DNA from: Patescibacteria group bacterium
GTDB taxonomy: Bacteria; Patescibacteriota; Patescibacteriia; Patescibacteriales; UBA12465
NCBI GenBank assembly: GCA_041656935.1
Contig: JBBACQ010000002.1
Location: forward strand, 27,603-91,602
Direction of reading: 5' to 3'
Length of the DNA: 64,000 nucleotides
Shown: piece by piece, positions 35,110 to 46,214 of the stretch
Layout: each line of letters starts with the position of its first letter
How positions within the stretch are numbered: the first letter of the stretch is position 1
Program-made: the position numbers and the translations under genes
Notes under the pieces: generated by a model
Seen by the model: the letters and a program-made list of their open reading frames with translations, nothing else
Database searches by the model: none
What the model was told of the DNA's origin: nothing

Positions 35110-38100
35110 CTATTTATAGATTTCTCTCTTTTTCTTGCCTCGATACCCTGTTCCAGCTGGGATTAAGCAACCAATGATAACATTTTCTTTTAGTCCCTCT
35201 AAGTAATCAATTTTACCGCTTAAGGCCGCATCGATTAAAACTCTAGGAGTTTCTTGAAAAGAGGCCGCCGATAAAAATGAGTCAGTAGTCAAAGATGTTT
35301 TAGTAATTCCCAATAATAATCTTTCTCCCTTAGCCTTATCTTTAAAGTCTTTATTAGCTTGAAATAGAACCTCTTCCTCGATAGTTTCACCTGGCAACAA
35401 ATTAGTCTCTCCGGTAGATCTAATTAAATAACGAGAGAACATCTGTCGAGCAATAATTTCAATATGCTTGTCATTTAAAGGCTGACCTTGAGAAGAATAA
35501 ACGTATTGAATTTCTCTAATAATATATTTTTGAGTTTCTAATCTTCCTCTCAAACGAAATAACTCTTTCAAATCAAAGCTTCCTTCAGTCAAACGATCAC
35601 CAGCTTTTACAGAATCACCATCCTTAACCCATAACATTAATCCTTTAGGAATAGTGAATTCTTGGATTTTATCAACTTCTGTTAAAATATCAATCGACTT
35701 CTCACCAACCTTCACCACTCCAGCTGAAACTGCCTTAACTGTTTTATCTAAAACCGAATATAATTCTGTCCCCTTGGTGACAACATCTCCATTATTAACT
35801 TTAATAATAGGTTCTAGCTCTTTTTTAGTGTGTTTAGTGGAAGATAATTTTAGTTCATTTATTATCTCTTTAAAATAATACTTATCAACATCTTTACCTT
35901 TATAAATTATCCTTAACATTTTTTCTTGCGGATTATTAACTAAAATCTCCTTGCCCTCTTTGTCTTTAATTATTTTCTGACCAAACTCAACTTTGATTTT
36001 ACCATCAACTTCCGACATTAAGGCCTTTTTCTTAGGGCTTCTATTTTCGAAAATTTCTTCTACCCTAGGCAAACCTTGAGTTATATCTTCCGCACTGGCT
36101 ACTCCTCCAGTATGGAAGGTTCTCATAGTCAACTGCGTTCCGGGTTCACCAATAGATTGAGCGGCGATAATTCCAACCGTTGTTCCAAGTTTAACTTCCT
36201 TACTATAAGCTAAATCAAGGCCATAGCATTTAGCACAAATTCCTTTATGTAACTTACAATTTAAGACCGATCTAATAGTAGCTGATTCGATATCCTTGTT
36301 TTTTATTTCTTTAATTACCTCTTCCGATAAAAGCTCACCGGCTGGAAGTAAAACTTTACCCTTTTTATCAACCAAATCTTTAGCTAAATATCTTCCAGTA
36401 ATTTTTCTGAAGAAATCATCATTTTCTTTTTCAACCTCAGCTCGATCTATGAAAAGACCCTCCTTATCTTTACAATCTTCTTCTGAAACAATCACGTCCT
36501 GAGCAACATCAACTAATCTTCTAGTTAAATATCCAGCATTAGCAGTTCTCAAAGCGGTATCAGATAAACCTTTTCTAGTAGCATGAGTAGCGATAAAGTA
36601 TTCTAAAACTGAGAAACCTTTTTTCAAATTACCTTTAACTGGTAATTCAATAATAGCTCCTGACGGTGAAGTTACTAATCCTTTCATACCAATAATTTGA
36701 ACTGGCTGAGCCCAAGAACCTCTAGCTCCAGAGTCAATCATAGAATAAACCGGCAAAGAGCTCTTTAAACTTTCCTTACAAATATCGGCAATTTTTTCTT
36801 TAGTAGTTGTCCAGGTCTCAATAACCTTACTATATCTTTCACTTTCAGTTAAAAGTCCTTCTTCAAACTGTTCTTTAATTTGATCTACTTGCAAGTTGGC
36901 TGATTCTATCAATTTATCTTTTTCTGGAAGCTCTGGTAAATCACCAAAACTCCAAGATAAACCACTCTTAGTTATAAAATCAAAACTCAAATTTTTTAAA
37001 TCATCAATAAATTTAACTGTAGTTTCTTCTCCATAAATATTTAAGCATTCTTTAATTAAAATTTTTATTTTACTTTTTCCTAAAACCTCGTTAACGTATT
37101 TAAGTTTTTCTGGTAATATTTGGTTAAAAATTACTCGGCCAACGGTGGTTCTAATTATTTCTTTTTTCATTCTAACTCTAATAACCTGATGAAGTTTTAT
37201 TAATTTACTATCATAAGCTAATAAAGCTTCTTGTTCTTCTGAAAAGACATTTAAATTTTCCTCTTCAACTTTATCTGAGCTTTCTAAGGTTAAGTAATAA
37301 GATCCCCAAACGATATCTTGATTAGGGGCCACAATCGGCTCGCCAGTAGCTGGTTTCAAAAGATTATGTGAGGAAAGCATAATGTCTCTCGCCTCAGCCA
37401 CAGCTTCTTTAGTTAGAGGAACATGAACGGCCATTTGGTCTCCATCAAAGTCAGCATTGAAAGCAGTACAAACCAAAGGATGAATTTGGATAGCCTTTCC
37501 TTCTATTAAAACTGGTTTAAAAGCTTGAATTCCTAAACGATGTAAGGTTGGAGCTCGATTTAACAGAACATAAGCTTCATCAATTATTTTTTCTAAAATA
37601 TCCCAAACCTCATCATTACCAGTCTCAATATAGCGAGAAGCGCTTCTAACATTATGAACAACCTCTCTTTTAATAAGTTCAGCGATAACAAAAGGTTTAA
37701 ATAATTCCAAGGCCATTATTTTAGGTAAACCGCATTGATCTAAATTCAATTTAGGATTAACCACAATTACACTACGACCAGAATAATCAACTCTTTTACC
37801 TAATAAATTTTGTCTAAATCGACCCTGTTTTCCTTTTAAAGCATCAGCTAAAGATTTTAACTGTCTTTTCTGCCCAGTAGAAGCTACTACCATTTTGCTA
37901 TTACGAGCTGAGTTGTCTATTAAAGAATCCACCGCTTCTTGTAGCATTCTCTTTTCGTTACGACAAATAACTTCAGGAGCATTTAATTCCACTAATTGCT
38001 TTAAACGATTATTACGATTTATAACTCGACGATAAAGATCATTTAAATCTGATGAGGCAAAGCGTCCACCATCAAGGGCCACCATCGGACGAAGATCTGG

Positions 38101-39114
38101 TGGAATTACTGGAACAACATCCATAATCATCCACTCCGGTCTAATATTGTTTCGATGTAAATTATTTAATAATTTTAATCTCTTAATAATTTTGTCTTTT
38201 TTGGTCTCAATAACTACTTCTAGTTTCTCCCCTAATTTTTTAATAGTTTTTTCTAAATTAATTCTTTTTAGAAGATTCTGTATAGCGACGGCTCCAATTC
38301 CAGCCTCAAATAAATGACCAAATTTTAAACTTAAGTTTTGATATTCCTGTTCCGATAATATTAAAAGGGGATTTAAGTCTTTAAGTTCCTTTTTAACAAT
38401 ATCAAAATCAGAGTCTAATCTAGCTAAACGCTCTTCTTTTTCTTTGGTTAACTGAGTTATTGTTACCTTTTTATCAGCCTTTTCATCTTTAGATTTAATT
38501 TCAACAACCTCTTTTTTAGTTTTATCTTTTACCTCTACATTTTTAACAGCCGTTGGTTTCTTTTTAGCTTGAGCCTCGTCCTCTTTAGCCTGATCCATTT
38601 TTCTTCCAAAATCAATTTCGATATTTTTTCTTTTATTCTTATATTCCTTTTTAATAATTTCTAATGTTTCAGCTTTTAGTTTTTCATCAACATCGGTTAC
38701 TATAAAATTAGCGAAGTAAATAACTTTTTCTAAAGATTGAACGCTAATATTTAATATTAAACCAATCTTTGAAGATAAGCCTTTTAAAAACCAAATGTGA
38801 GAACAAGGAACTTGCAATTTAATATGGCCCATCCTTTCCCGACGAACTACACTTCTAGTAACTTCCACTCCACACTTATCGCAAATAACTCCCTTATACC
38901 TAATTTTCTTGTATTTACCGCAAGAACACTCCCAGTCTTTAACCGGACCAAATATTTTTTCACAAAACAAACCGTCTTTTTCTGGTTTTTGCGTTCGATA
39001 ATTAATGGTTTCCGGCCTAATTATTTCCCCCTTAGACCATGACAAAATATCGCTTGGTGAGGCTAAGGTTAATTTAATAGCGTCGAAGTCGCTTGTTTTT
39101 ATGGGATTTAACAT
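35110..39114 (-). CDS. rpoC: DNA-directed RNA polymerase subunit beta'
   Basis: 1334 aa with zinc ribbon CSCGKY...CDKCG, catalytic NADFDGDQM, and a Lys/Glu-rich lineage-specific insertion near residues 150-240. Confidence 0.97.
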   Translation of the reverse strand: MLNPIKTSDFDAIKLTLASPSDILSWSKGEIIRPETINYRTQKPEKDGLFCEKIFGPVKDWECSCGKYKKIRYKGVICDKCGVEVTRSVVRRERMGHIKLQVPCSHIWFLKGLSSKIGLILNISVQSLEKVIYFANFIVTDVDEKLKAETLEIIKKEYKNKRKNIEIDFGRKMDQAKEDEAQAKKKPTAVKNVEVKDKTKKEVVEIKSKDEKADKKVTITQLTKEKEERLARLDSDFDIVKKELKDLNPLLILSEQEYQNLSLKFGHLFEAGIGAVAIQNLLKRINLEKTIKKLGEKLEVVIETKKDKIIKRLKLLNNLHRNNIRPEWMIMDVVPVIPPDLRPMVALDGGRFASSDLNDLYRRVINRNNRLKQLVELNAPEVICRNEKRMLQEAVDSLIDNSARNSKMVVASTGQKRQLKSLADALKGKQGRFRQNLLGKRVDYSGRSVIVVNPKLNLDQCGLPKIMALELFKPFVIAELIKREVVHNVRSASRYIETGNDEVWDILEKIIDEAYVLLNRAPTLHRLGIQAFKPVLIEGKAIQIHPLVCTAFNADFDGDQMAVHVPLTKEAVAEARDIMLSSHNLLKPATGEPIVAPNQDIVWGSYYLTLESSDKVEEENLNVFSEEQEALLAYDSKLIKLHQVIRVRMKKEIIRTTVGRVIFNQILPEKLKYVNEVLGKSKIKILIKECLNIYGEETTVKFIDDLKNLSFDFITKSGLSWSFGDLPELPEKDKLIESANLQVDQIKEQFEEGLLTESERYSKVIETWTTTKEKIADICKESLKSSLPVYSMIDSGARGSWAQPVQIIGMKGLVTSPSGAIIELPVKGNLKKGFSVLEYFIATHATRKGLSDTALRTANAGYLTRRLVDVAQDVIVSEEDCKDKEGLFIDRAEVEKENDDFFRKITGRYLAKDLVDKKGKVLLPAGELLSEEVIKEIKNKDIESATIRSVLNCKLHKGICAKCYGLDLAYSKEVKLGTTVGIIAAQSIGEPGTQLTMRTFHTGGVASAEDITQGLPRVEEIFENRSPKKKALMSEVDGKIKVEFGQKIIKDKEGKEILVNNPQEKMLRIIYKGKDVDKYYFKEIINELKLSSTKHTKKELEPIIKVNNGDVVTKGTELYSVLDKTVKAVSAGVVKVGEKSIDILTEVDKIQEFTIPKGLMLWVKDGDSVKAGDRLTEGSFDLKELFRLRGRLETQKYIIREIQYVYSSQGQPLNDKHIEIIARQMFSRYLIRSTGETNLLPGETIEEEVLFQANKDFKDKAKGERLLLGITKTSLTTDSFLSAASFQETPRVLIDAALSGKIDYLEGLKENVIIGCLIPAGTGYRGKKKREIYK

Positions 39115-39159
39115 ATAAGTTTATATAATTATAATAAATAAATAAATCGAATAAAGAGA

Positions 39160-42100
39160 TTATTCTTCTAATGGAGTTGTTTTTTTATGATTACTATCAT
39201 CAACTTCATTTATTTTTTCTGTTTCTTTATTAAATCCCTCTTCTTCCTCTTCTTCTAGTCTCTCTGGAGTGCCACCCAATAAGTCAACATTAAGACCTAG
39301 TCCTTTTAATTCTCTAATTAAAACGTTAAAGGATTCTGGAACATTAAGTTTTTGGATTTCTTCACCTTTAATAATGGCTTCGTAAGCTTTACTTCTACCA
39401 GGAACATCATCTGATTTAATTGTTAAAATTTCTTGTAAAGTATGAGCCGCGCCATAACCCTCTAAAGCCCAAACTTCCATCTCACCAAATCTTTGTCCAC
39501 CAAATTGAGCTTTTCCGCCTAAAGGTTGTTGAGTAATTAAAGAATAAGGACCAATCGATCTTTGGTGAATTTTATCTTCTACCATGTGATTTAGTTTCAA
39601 AACATATTTATAACCAACTGTTACTCTATTTTCATATTCTTCTCCGGTCTTACCGTCATACAAGGTCACTTTTCCATCTTCCGCAAAACCAGCTTTTATT
39701 AATTCTTCTCTAATTTGTTCCTCGGTAATTCCATTTAAAACTGGAGTGGCTACCCGATATCCAAGTTTCTGAGCGGCTAATCCCATATGAGTTTCTAATA
39801 ATTGTCCGAAGTTCATACGAGAAATAATACCTAAAGGAGACAAAATTATATCTATCGGGGTACCATCTTCCATATAAGGCATATCTTCAGCTGGCACAAC
39901 TTTAGAAATTACTCCTTTATTTCCATGACGACCCGACATTTTATCACCAACTTGAATCTTTCTTAAATTAGCAATAGATACTTGAACTGATTTTAAAACT
40001 CCAGCTTCTAATTTATCACCATCTTCTCGAGAAAATATTTTAATATCAATAACTTTACCGTGTTCTCCGTGTTCTAAATATAATGAAGAGTCACGAACGT
40101 CTTTAGCTTTATCACCAAAAATAGCTCGAAGTAATCTTTCCTCGGCACTAAGTTTTGATTCTCCCTTAGGAGTGATTTTACCAACTAAAATATCTCCGCT
40201 GGAGACTTCTGCTCCCACGCGAATAATTCCGTCTTCATCTAAATTTTTTAATTTCTCTTCTGAGATATTAGGAATATCATTAGTAATAACTTCCGGTCCT
40301 AATTTTGTATCACGAACATCAATAGTATAATTTTCTATTTGAATAGAAGTATAAACATCTTCTTTCACTAATCTTTCTGAAATAATAACCGCATCTTCAT
40401 AATTATAACCCTCCCAAGTCATAAAGGCCACCAAAACATTTTTACCTAAAGACAATTCTCCTTCAGAAATAGCCGGGCCATCAGTTAAAACTTGCCCCTT
40501 CTTTATTTTTTCACCTAAATCAATAATCGGTTTCTGATTTATACAGGTTAAAAAGTTAGATCTTAAAAATTTAGTTAAACTATATTTTTTAACCTTATCT
40601 TTACTATTAGTAATTTCTATATTTAAAGCATCAACCTTAGTAACAACTCCATCTTCCTCGGCAATAATAATATGACCCGAATCTCTAGCAACGACAGCCT
40701 CAACTCCAGTACCAACAATTGGTGGTTCCGTTTTTACCAACGGCACAGCTTGACGTTGCATGTTTGTTCCCATTAAAGATCTTTGTCCATCATTGTGTTC
40801 CATGAAAGGAATAAGTGATGTCGCGATAGAAACAATTTGGTTAGAAGCAACTCCAACAAAGTCTATTTCTGAAGATTCAACTGTCTCCGGCTTGCCACCT
40901 CTTCTAGCTGGATATTTTTCTACTAAAAAACTTCCATTATTATCTAAAGGAATAGTGGCATCGGTTACTACATATTTTTCTTCTTCCGAAGCATCTAAAT
41001 AAACAATTTCATTACTGACCTTACTTTTATTTTTTTCTTTAATAACTTTTCGATAAGGAGCTTCTAAAAAACCATAATTATTTAATCTAGCATAACTAGC
41101 TAAGTGTCCAACTAACCCGATATTTGGTCCTTCTGGAGTAGCAATCGGACAAATACGACCATAGTGAGTAGTGTGCACATCACGAACATCGAAACCAGCT
41201 CTTTCTCTGGTCAAACCACCTGGTCCCATAGCTGACAATCTTCTTTTATGCTCTAATTCAGCCAAAGGATTGGTTTGATCCATAAATTGAGAAAGCTGAG
41301 AAGACATAAAAAATTCTCTGATAATAGCGATAACTGGTCGAGCATTTACTAATTTATTAGGACTTAAAACGTTAATATCAACTATACTCATTTTATCTTT
41401 AATTATTCTCTCCATTCTGGCTAGCCCAACTCTTAAACGATTTTGTACTAAACCACCGATAGCTCTAATTCTTCTATTTCCTAAATGATCAATATCGTCT
41501 TCTGGCTCTTTAGTAATATTTAAACGAATAACTTCTTTAACGATATTTACTAAATCTTCTTTTCTCAAGATTCTATTATCTTTATTTATAGTTAAGTTTT
41601 CGCCAAATCTTCTATTCAATTTATAACGACCAACTCGACCGAAGTCATAACGATCAAAACGAAAAAACATGTTTTCAATCATTTGCTTAACATTTTTATC
41701 ATCAGCCATATCTCCTGGTCTAATACGGCGGTAAACCTCTTGTAATCCTTCTATTTGATTTTTTGATAAATCTTTATTAATAGTGGCATCGATATAAGTT
41801 TTCTCTTCATTATTTTTTATAAGGTCAACCTCTTTAAAAAGGTCTTTTAATTCTACATCACTTTCGTAACCAAAAGCTCGAAGTAATGAGGTTACTGCTA
41901 CTTTTCTTTTTCGATCTATTCGAACCCAAATTACTTTATTAACATCAGTTTCTATCTCTAACCAAGCTCCTCTATTAGGGATTATCTTGGCTCCATAATA
42001 TTTCTTTCCTCGAATATATTCAGAGGTAAATATTACTCCGGCGCTTCTAATTAGCTGAGAAACAACTACTCTTTCAATTCCGTTAATAATGAAGGTTCCA

Positions 42101-42468
42101 TTTTTTGTCATTAGAGGAAAGTCACCCAAATAAACCTCTTGCGTTATTTCCTGCGAGGTTTTTTTATTTTTCAAAATAACCTTAATTCTAAGTGGAGCTT
42201 CGTAGGTTATATTTTTTTCACGACTTTCTACTTCATCAAATTTTGGCTTATCTAAATAATAATCACCAAAATATAATTCTAATTCACGATTGTTGAAATC
42301 AACGATAGGAGAAATTTCGTCAAACAATTCGGCCAAACCTTCTTTCAAGAACCATTTATAAGAATCTTTTTGTAATTCTATTAAATCAGGAACCGGAATT
42401 ACTTCGATAGAATTATTGAAACATTTGCGTTGACTATTTTTAATGCAAACTTTTGAAGTATTGGACAT
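39160..42468 (-). CDS. rpoB: DNA-directed RNA polymerase subunit beta
   Basis: Conserved blocks such as GPGGLTRERAGFDVRDVH and NMQRQAVP. ATG at 42466-42468 (M35) is preferred; the upstream extension is hydrophobic and low-complexity. Confidence 0.95.
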   Translation of the reverse strand: MSNTSKVCIKNSQRKCFNNSIEVIPVPDLIELQKDSYKWFLKEGLAELFDEISPIVDFNNRELELYFGDYYLDKPKFDEVESREKNITYEAPLRIKVILKNKKTSQEITQEVYLGDFPLMTKNGTFIINGIERVVVSQLIRSAGVIFTSEYIRGKKYYGAKIIPNRGAWLEIETDVNKVIWVRIDRKRKVAVTSLLRAFGYESDVELKDLFKEVDLIKNNEEKTYIDATINKDLSKNQIEGLQEVYRRIRPGDMADDKNVKQMIENMFFRFDRYDFGRVGRYKLNRRFGENLTINKDNRILRKEDLVNIVKEVIRLNITKEPEDDIDHLGNRRIRAIGGLVQNRLRVGLARMERIIKDKMSIVDINVLSPNKLVNARPVIAIIREFFMSSQLSQFMDQTNPLAELEHKRRLSAMGPGGLTRERAGFDVRDVHTTHYGRICPIATPEGPNIGLVGHLASYARLNNYGFLEAPYRKVIKEKNKSKVSNEIVYLDASEEEKYVVTDATIPLDNNGSFLVEKYPARRGGKPETVESSEIDFVGVASNQIVSIATSLIPFMEHNDGQRSLMGTNMQRQAVPLVKTEPPIVGTGVEAVVARDSGHIIIAEEDGVVTKVDALNIEITNSKDKVKKYSLTKFLRSNFLTCINQKPIIDLGEKIKKGQVLTDGPAISEGELSLGKNVLVAFMTWEGYNYEDAVIISERLVKEDVYTSIQIENYTIDVRDTKLGPEVITNDIPNISEEKLKNLDEDGIIRVGAEVSSGDILVGKITPKGESKLSAEERLLRAIFGDKAKDVRDSSLYLEHGEHGKVIDIKIFSREDGDKLEAGVLKSVQVSIANLRKIQVGDKMSGRHGNKGVISKVVPAEDMPYMEDGTPIDIILSPLGIISRMNFGQLLETHMGLAAQKLGYRVATPVLNGITEEQIREELIKAGFAEDGKVTLYDGKTGEEYENRVTVGYKYVLKLNHMVEDKIHQRSIGPYSLITQQPLGGKAQFGGQRFGEMEVWALEGYGAAHTLQEILTIKSDDVPGRSKAYEAIIKGEEIQKLNVPESFNVLIRELKGLGLNVDLLGGTPERLEEEEEEGFNKETEKINEVDDSNHKKTTPLEE

Positions 42469-42652
42469 AAAATTATAAAACAAGTTTGGCTTGTTTATGT
42501 AGATTAATTTATAATATATAGTTAATACTCGATATAGCAAAAAAACCAGCAACAAAAAATCCAATACCATGGCTGGCTTGGTTGTTAAGCTGTTAAAAGT
42601 TTATTTAATATAAACAATCACTTTTATATTAAGATTAAGATTTTATGTCTAT

Positions 42653-42709
42653 ATAATATAACAATAAATAATACTTGTCAATCCACAGTTTATCCCTATA
42701 TTATCCACA
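42653..42709 (-). promoter_or_regulatory. rpoB promoter overlapped by a cluster of DnaA-box-like 9-mers
   Basis: On the minus strand: TTGACA (42676-42681), 17-nt spacer, TATTAT (42653-42658). On the + strand: TTATCCACA perfect at 42701-42709, TTATCCCTA at 42690-42698 and CAATCCACA at 42679-42687. Confidence 0.5.
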
Positions 42710-42787
42710 TAATTTAGAGGAGAAATCCTTTTAATTTATCTCTCGGCCAGTCCAAAAAGGGGCTAAAACCCTAATAAAAACAACTAT

Positions 42788-45103
42788 TTAGCGACTTTCC
42801 TTGTAATTGAAGACTGGACCAACCGAAAAAGCAGGTTTTTCTCCCTTATTTGATATTAAGACCATTAATTTAGGTTTACTAATATCATAGTTCAAAGTTT
42901 TCTTGTTAAATCCTTCTATTTTTAAGATTTTGTTTTCAGTTTGTTCTAATTTCATCTCTAAACTAAATAAAGAAATAAATTTATAATCGTCTTTACTTAA
43001 ATTTTCCGAACTTAATTCCTTCATCATTATTTCTTTAACTCTGGCTAAATTATTTTTCAAATCTTCTAAATTAACTAAAACCGAATGAAGCTCATCAGTC
43101 ACCTTTAATAATTTAAACATCTCTAAAATCATATTAACATTAGCTATCTGCTCGTTTATTAAATCTAAATTCGGTTCTATATAATTATTTTCGACAAAAA
43201 GAGCTTCGTCCGGAACAAAAGACTGAGGTTGATTTTTTTGATAAATTTTTAATTTGTCCATTGGTAACTGCAGATCTACCCAAGACCCAACAGCTGTATA
43301 TAATTCCTGCCGTCGCCAATCTGAATTTTTAGTAAAAAAGGGTCTTTCATTTTTATCGCTTTTTAAATATTCTTTTATGATATTTAAAGTTTTCCAGAAA
43401 TTATTATAATGCCAAATATTAGGAATTTGATTTATCTGGTCTTTTAAAAAATTGATTTGACTTTGATAATTTTTATAATTAGAATTTTGGAAATAATAAT
43501 CATTCCCAAGTAAGCTTTTTTCATTAACTAAGGCTACAATATCTAGAGAAAATCCATTACACCTAATATTGCTCGCCTGATTTTTTATACTACAAGAAGT
43601 TATGTTATTTTTGGTTAAAGACGCCCCCTGATATTCTAAAACTTGCGGGTAAGATAATTGATTAAAGATATAATCATTTGGCCAATAAAAATCAGTTAAC
43701 ATTTTTACTCCTAAAGATGGCCTTTTTTCTAAATTATTTTTATCAAAACCACCCTCAATTCCCAAAAAACTATATTCTTTAATTTTTTCTATAAATTTAG
43801 CTAAATTATTTATAGCCTCGGGATTATTATCACCAAAAACCACTTCAATCTCGTAACCTTCACCAAATAAATTTAATAAGGCATCACGATAATGAACATA
43901 AGTCAGGTCTCCCCGAAGTCCTTTAAAAAAAGCCAGGGTTTTATAAATTCTAGCCCATTTGTTTTTTAGTTGGTAACTGTCGAAAATATCTTTGGCGATA
44001 AAAGTTGAGGTTATTATATTAATTCTCCAATCATCAAAATCCAAAGAGCATTGCGGACAGTCCGCACTTTGATAATATAAGGGAAAATTAGATGATAGCC
44101 ATTTGGTAGTAAGATAAAAATTATTTAATTTAGCATTGCTCTTATATTCACTAGGGATTAGAAAATCTTTGTAATTTCTGACATACAATAAAACTGGAGA
44201 TTTGGCAGAAGCCTGTGCCTTTCTAATTAAATCAACTTCTTTTTTAACATCAACCTCTAAATATTCGGGCAAACTAAAAGAATAACTTTCAGCTTCAAAA
44301 GATGTAAATAAAGATTTATTACTTATATCATTTTTTTTATTTATCTGGCTATCTACTGGTTTTAATAATTCTAAAGAAGTAGCAAAATAGGCAGCAGCTA
44401 ATCTCTGAGCCTCTAAAATTCTGTCGTTCACATTACCTTTCGCTTCTAAACTGCCCTCATATCTAATTTTAGCTTTTTCGTATAAAAACCTGTTTATCTC
44501 CCACAAATTAGCATAAAAAAGATTTTCCTCAACATCTTTAAATACTTTTTTTAGATTATACTGGTAATAATAAATTAAGAAATCAGAAGTTATCAGAGCG
44601 GGAATTTGTTTTTTGTATAATTCATCGTAAATATCGTAGAAATTATCTGAATCTAAAGAATTTTCCAGAACAGCAAAACCATTATTATTTAAGGAATCAA
44701 TATGGCTATCCAAATTTAATTTACGAGAAATATCATAATAATTAGAGATCTCGGTTTTTACATTAAAAGGTAAGCTGGGGCTAGAAATATTTGCTTGGAA
44801 ATTGTCTTCTATTTTTTCATAAAAATCTAAAAAAGAAATATATTCGATTAAAGCATTGGTTTCATCACCTTGAAAATTAATGCCAATTTTTTTATCGCTA
44901 GTCGGCAAACCTCCAATTAAGCGCGAAGCATCAATCAAATTTTCAATATCACTCTTAACTTCAGTTGATTTATTCTCCACCACTGGGACATCAACCACGA
45001 CTGGGGCGGGTTTTTTCTTTTTAAAAATAAAAAATAAGGGCAAGCCGACAACCAAAATTAAAAAGACAAAAATAACCAAACCCTTCTTTAAATCCTCATT
45101 CAT
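42788..45103 (-). CDS. large N-terminally anchored hypothetical protein (possibly DUF3160-like)
   Basis: 771 aa with one N-terminal TM helix. The family assignment is from memory only and is unverified. Confidence 0.55.
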   Translation of the reverse strand: MNEDLKKGLVIFVFLILVVGLPLFFIFKKKKPAPVVVDVPVVENKSTEVKSDIENLIDASRLIGGLPTSDKKIGINFQGDETNALIEYISFLDFYEKIEDNFQANISSPSLPFNVKTEISNYYDISRKLNLDSHIDSLNNNGFAVLENSLDSDNFYDIYDELYKKQIPALITSDFLIYYYQYNLKKVFKDVEENLFYANLWEINRFLYEKAKIRYEGSLEAKGNVNDRILEAQRLAAAYFATSLELLKPVDSQINKKNDISNKSLFTSFEAESYSFSLPEYLEVDVKKEVDLIRKAQASAKSPVLLYVRNYKDFLIPSEYKSNAKLNNFYLTTKWLSSNFPLYYQSADCPQCSLDFDDWRINIITSTFIAKDIFDSYQLKNKWARIYKTLAFFKGLRGDLTYVHYRDALLNLFGEGYEIEVVFGDNNPEAINNLAKFIEKIKEYSFLGIEGGFDKNNLEKRPSLGVKMLTDFYWPNDYIFNQLSYPQVLEYQGASLTKNNITSCSIKNQASNIRCNGFSLDIVALVNEKSLLGNDYYFQNSNYKNYQSQINFLKDQINQIPNIWHYNNFWKTLNIIKEYLKSDKNERPFFTKNSDWRRQELYTAVGSWVDLQLPMDKLKIYQKNQPQSFVPDEALFVENNYIEPNLDLINEQIANVNMILEMFKLLKVTDELHSVLVNLEDLKNNLARVKEIMMKELSSENLSKDDYKFISLFSLEMKLEQTENKILKIEGFNKKTLNYDISKPKLMVLISNKGEKPAFSVGPVFNYKESR

Positions 45104-45119
45104 AAAAAATATTTATAAG

Positions 45120-46214
45120 TTATTTTATATACTTATTTTTATTATCAAGATGCTCCTGATAGGTTTCACTAAAAACAGTTTCTCCAGTTTGAGAATTGGT
45201 TAAGAAATAATTAAAGTCGGTATATTCTGGATAAATAACTGCTTCAATTGCTCTTATCCCGGGATTAGCAATTGGACCAGATGGCAAACCTCTATTAATA
45301 TAGGTATTATATGACGAATCAATTCTGGTATCTTCATAGGAATATTGAGCCTTATTAACTCCTAAAATATAAGCTAAAGTCGCGCAAGATTCTAGGGCCT
45401 GTTTATTCTTTATTCTGTCCCAAAAAATTCCGGCAACTATTTTCATATCCTTCTCACTCTGAACTTCTTTCTCAACAACTGAAGCCATGGTTATAATTTC
45501 ATAAATTGTTTTTTCTTGTTTAGCGATATCCTCTCTCATTTTAAGGGTTAATTTTTTATCAAAATTAGACAACATTTTTCTAATAACCTCATCAACACTA
45601 GCCGAAAGATAGAAATTATAAGTATCTGGGAATAAATACCCTTCCAGACTAGCCCCTTTAGGTTTATCTAATAAAAAAGAGAAGTCCTCGGAATAATCAT
45701 AGAAAGATTCTTTCGCTAAATTATTTTTATAACTACTTAAAGGTTCTCCGGTTAGTCCAAAAAAGTCTTTGCTACTGGCTAAATTATTTTTTTCTAATAA
45801 TTTGGCGTAATCTCGTAAATTCCAACCCTCAATAAAAGTTAATTTTGTTTCTGGTTTTAAAATTGTTCTAGGGGTAAGTTCAATTATAATTTCCTTAACA
45901 TCCATTTTAGAATTTAATTGGTAAACGCCCTCTTTGAAAGAACTTTGTTTGCCTAGTAATAAGACATTAATTTTAAACTTGAATTTTGATCTAATAATTT
46001 TTTCCTTTTTCAGATTATGGGCAATAATATCAACGCTTTGGCCTTTCTCGACTTCAAAATTAAAAATTTTTGTCTTCTTAAAAGAAATTGTTTTATTACT
46101 AGAAATAAAACCAAAAACTAAAACCAAAATAAAAGCTAATAATACTAAACAAGCATTATTTACTTTTCTTCTCTGGTCTCTTTTTCTCTTTTTTTGAAAC
46201 CTGTTTAAAAGCAT
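45120..46214 (-). CDS. mltG: endolytic murein transglycosylase MltG (YceG-like)
   Basis: 364 aa with N-terminal TM helix and YceG blocks ...FIEGWNLRD...LEGYLFPDTYNF...ASVVEKE...YNTYINRGLPSGPIANPG. Confidence 0.85.
   Translation of the reverse strand: MLLNRFQKKRKRDQRRKVNNACLVLLAFILVLVFGFISSNKTISFKKTKIFNFEVEKGQSVDIIAHNLKKEKIIRSKFKFKINVLLLGKQSSFKEGVYQLNSKMDVKEIIIELTPRTILKPETKLTFIEGWNLRDYAKLLEKNNLASSKDFFGLTGEPLSSYKNNLAKESFYDYSEDFSFLLDKPKGASLEGYLFPDTYNFYLSASVDEVIRKMLSNFDKKLTLKMREDIAKQEKTIYEIITMASVVEKEVQSEKDMKIVAGIFWDRIKNKQALESCATLAYILGVNKAQYSYEDTRIDSSYNTYINRGLPSGPIANPGIRAIEAVIYPEYTDFNYFLTNSQTGETVFSETYQEHLDNKNKYIK

Noticed and set aside
42560-42600. Possible attenuator hairpin (CCAGC...GCTGG plus T7) in the long rpoB leader
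   Set aside because: The stem is only 5 bp with a 21-nt loop, which is too weak to call.
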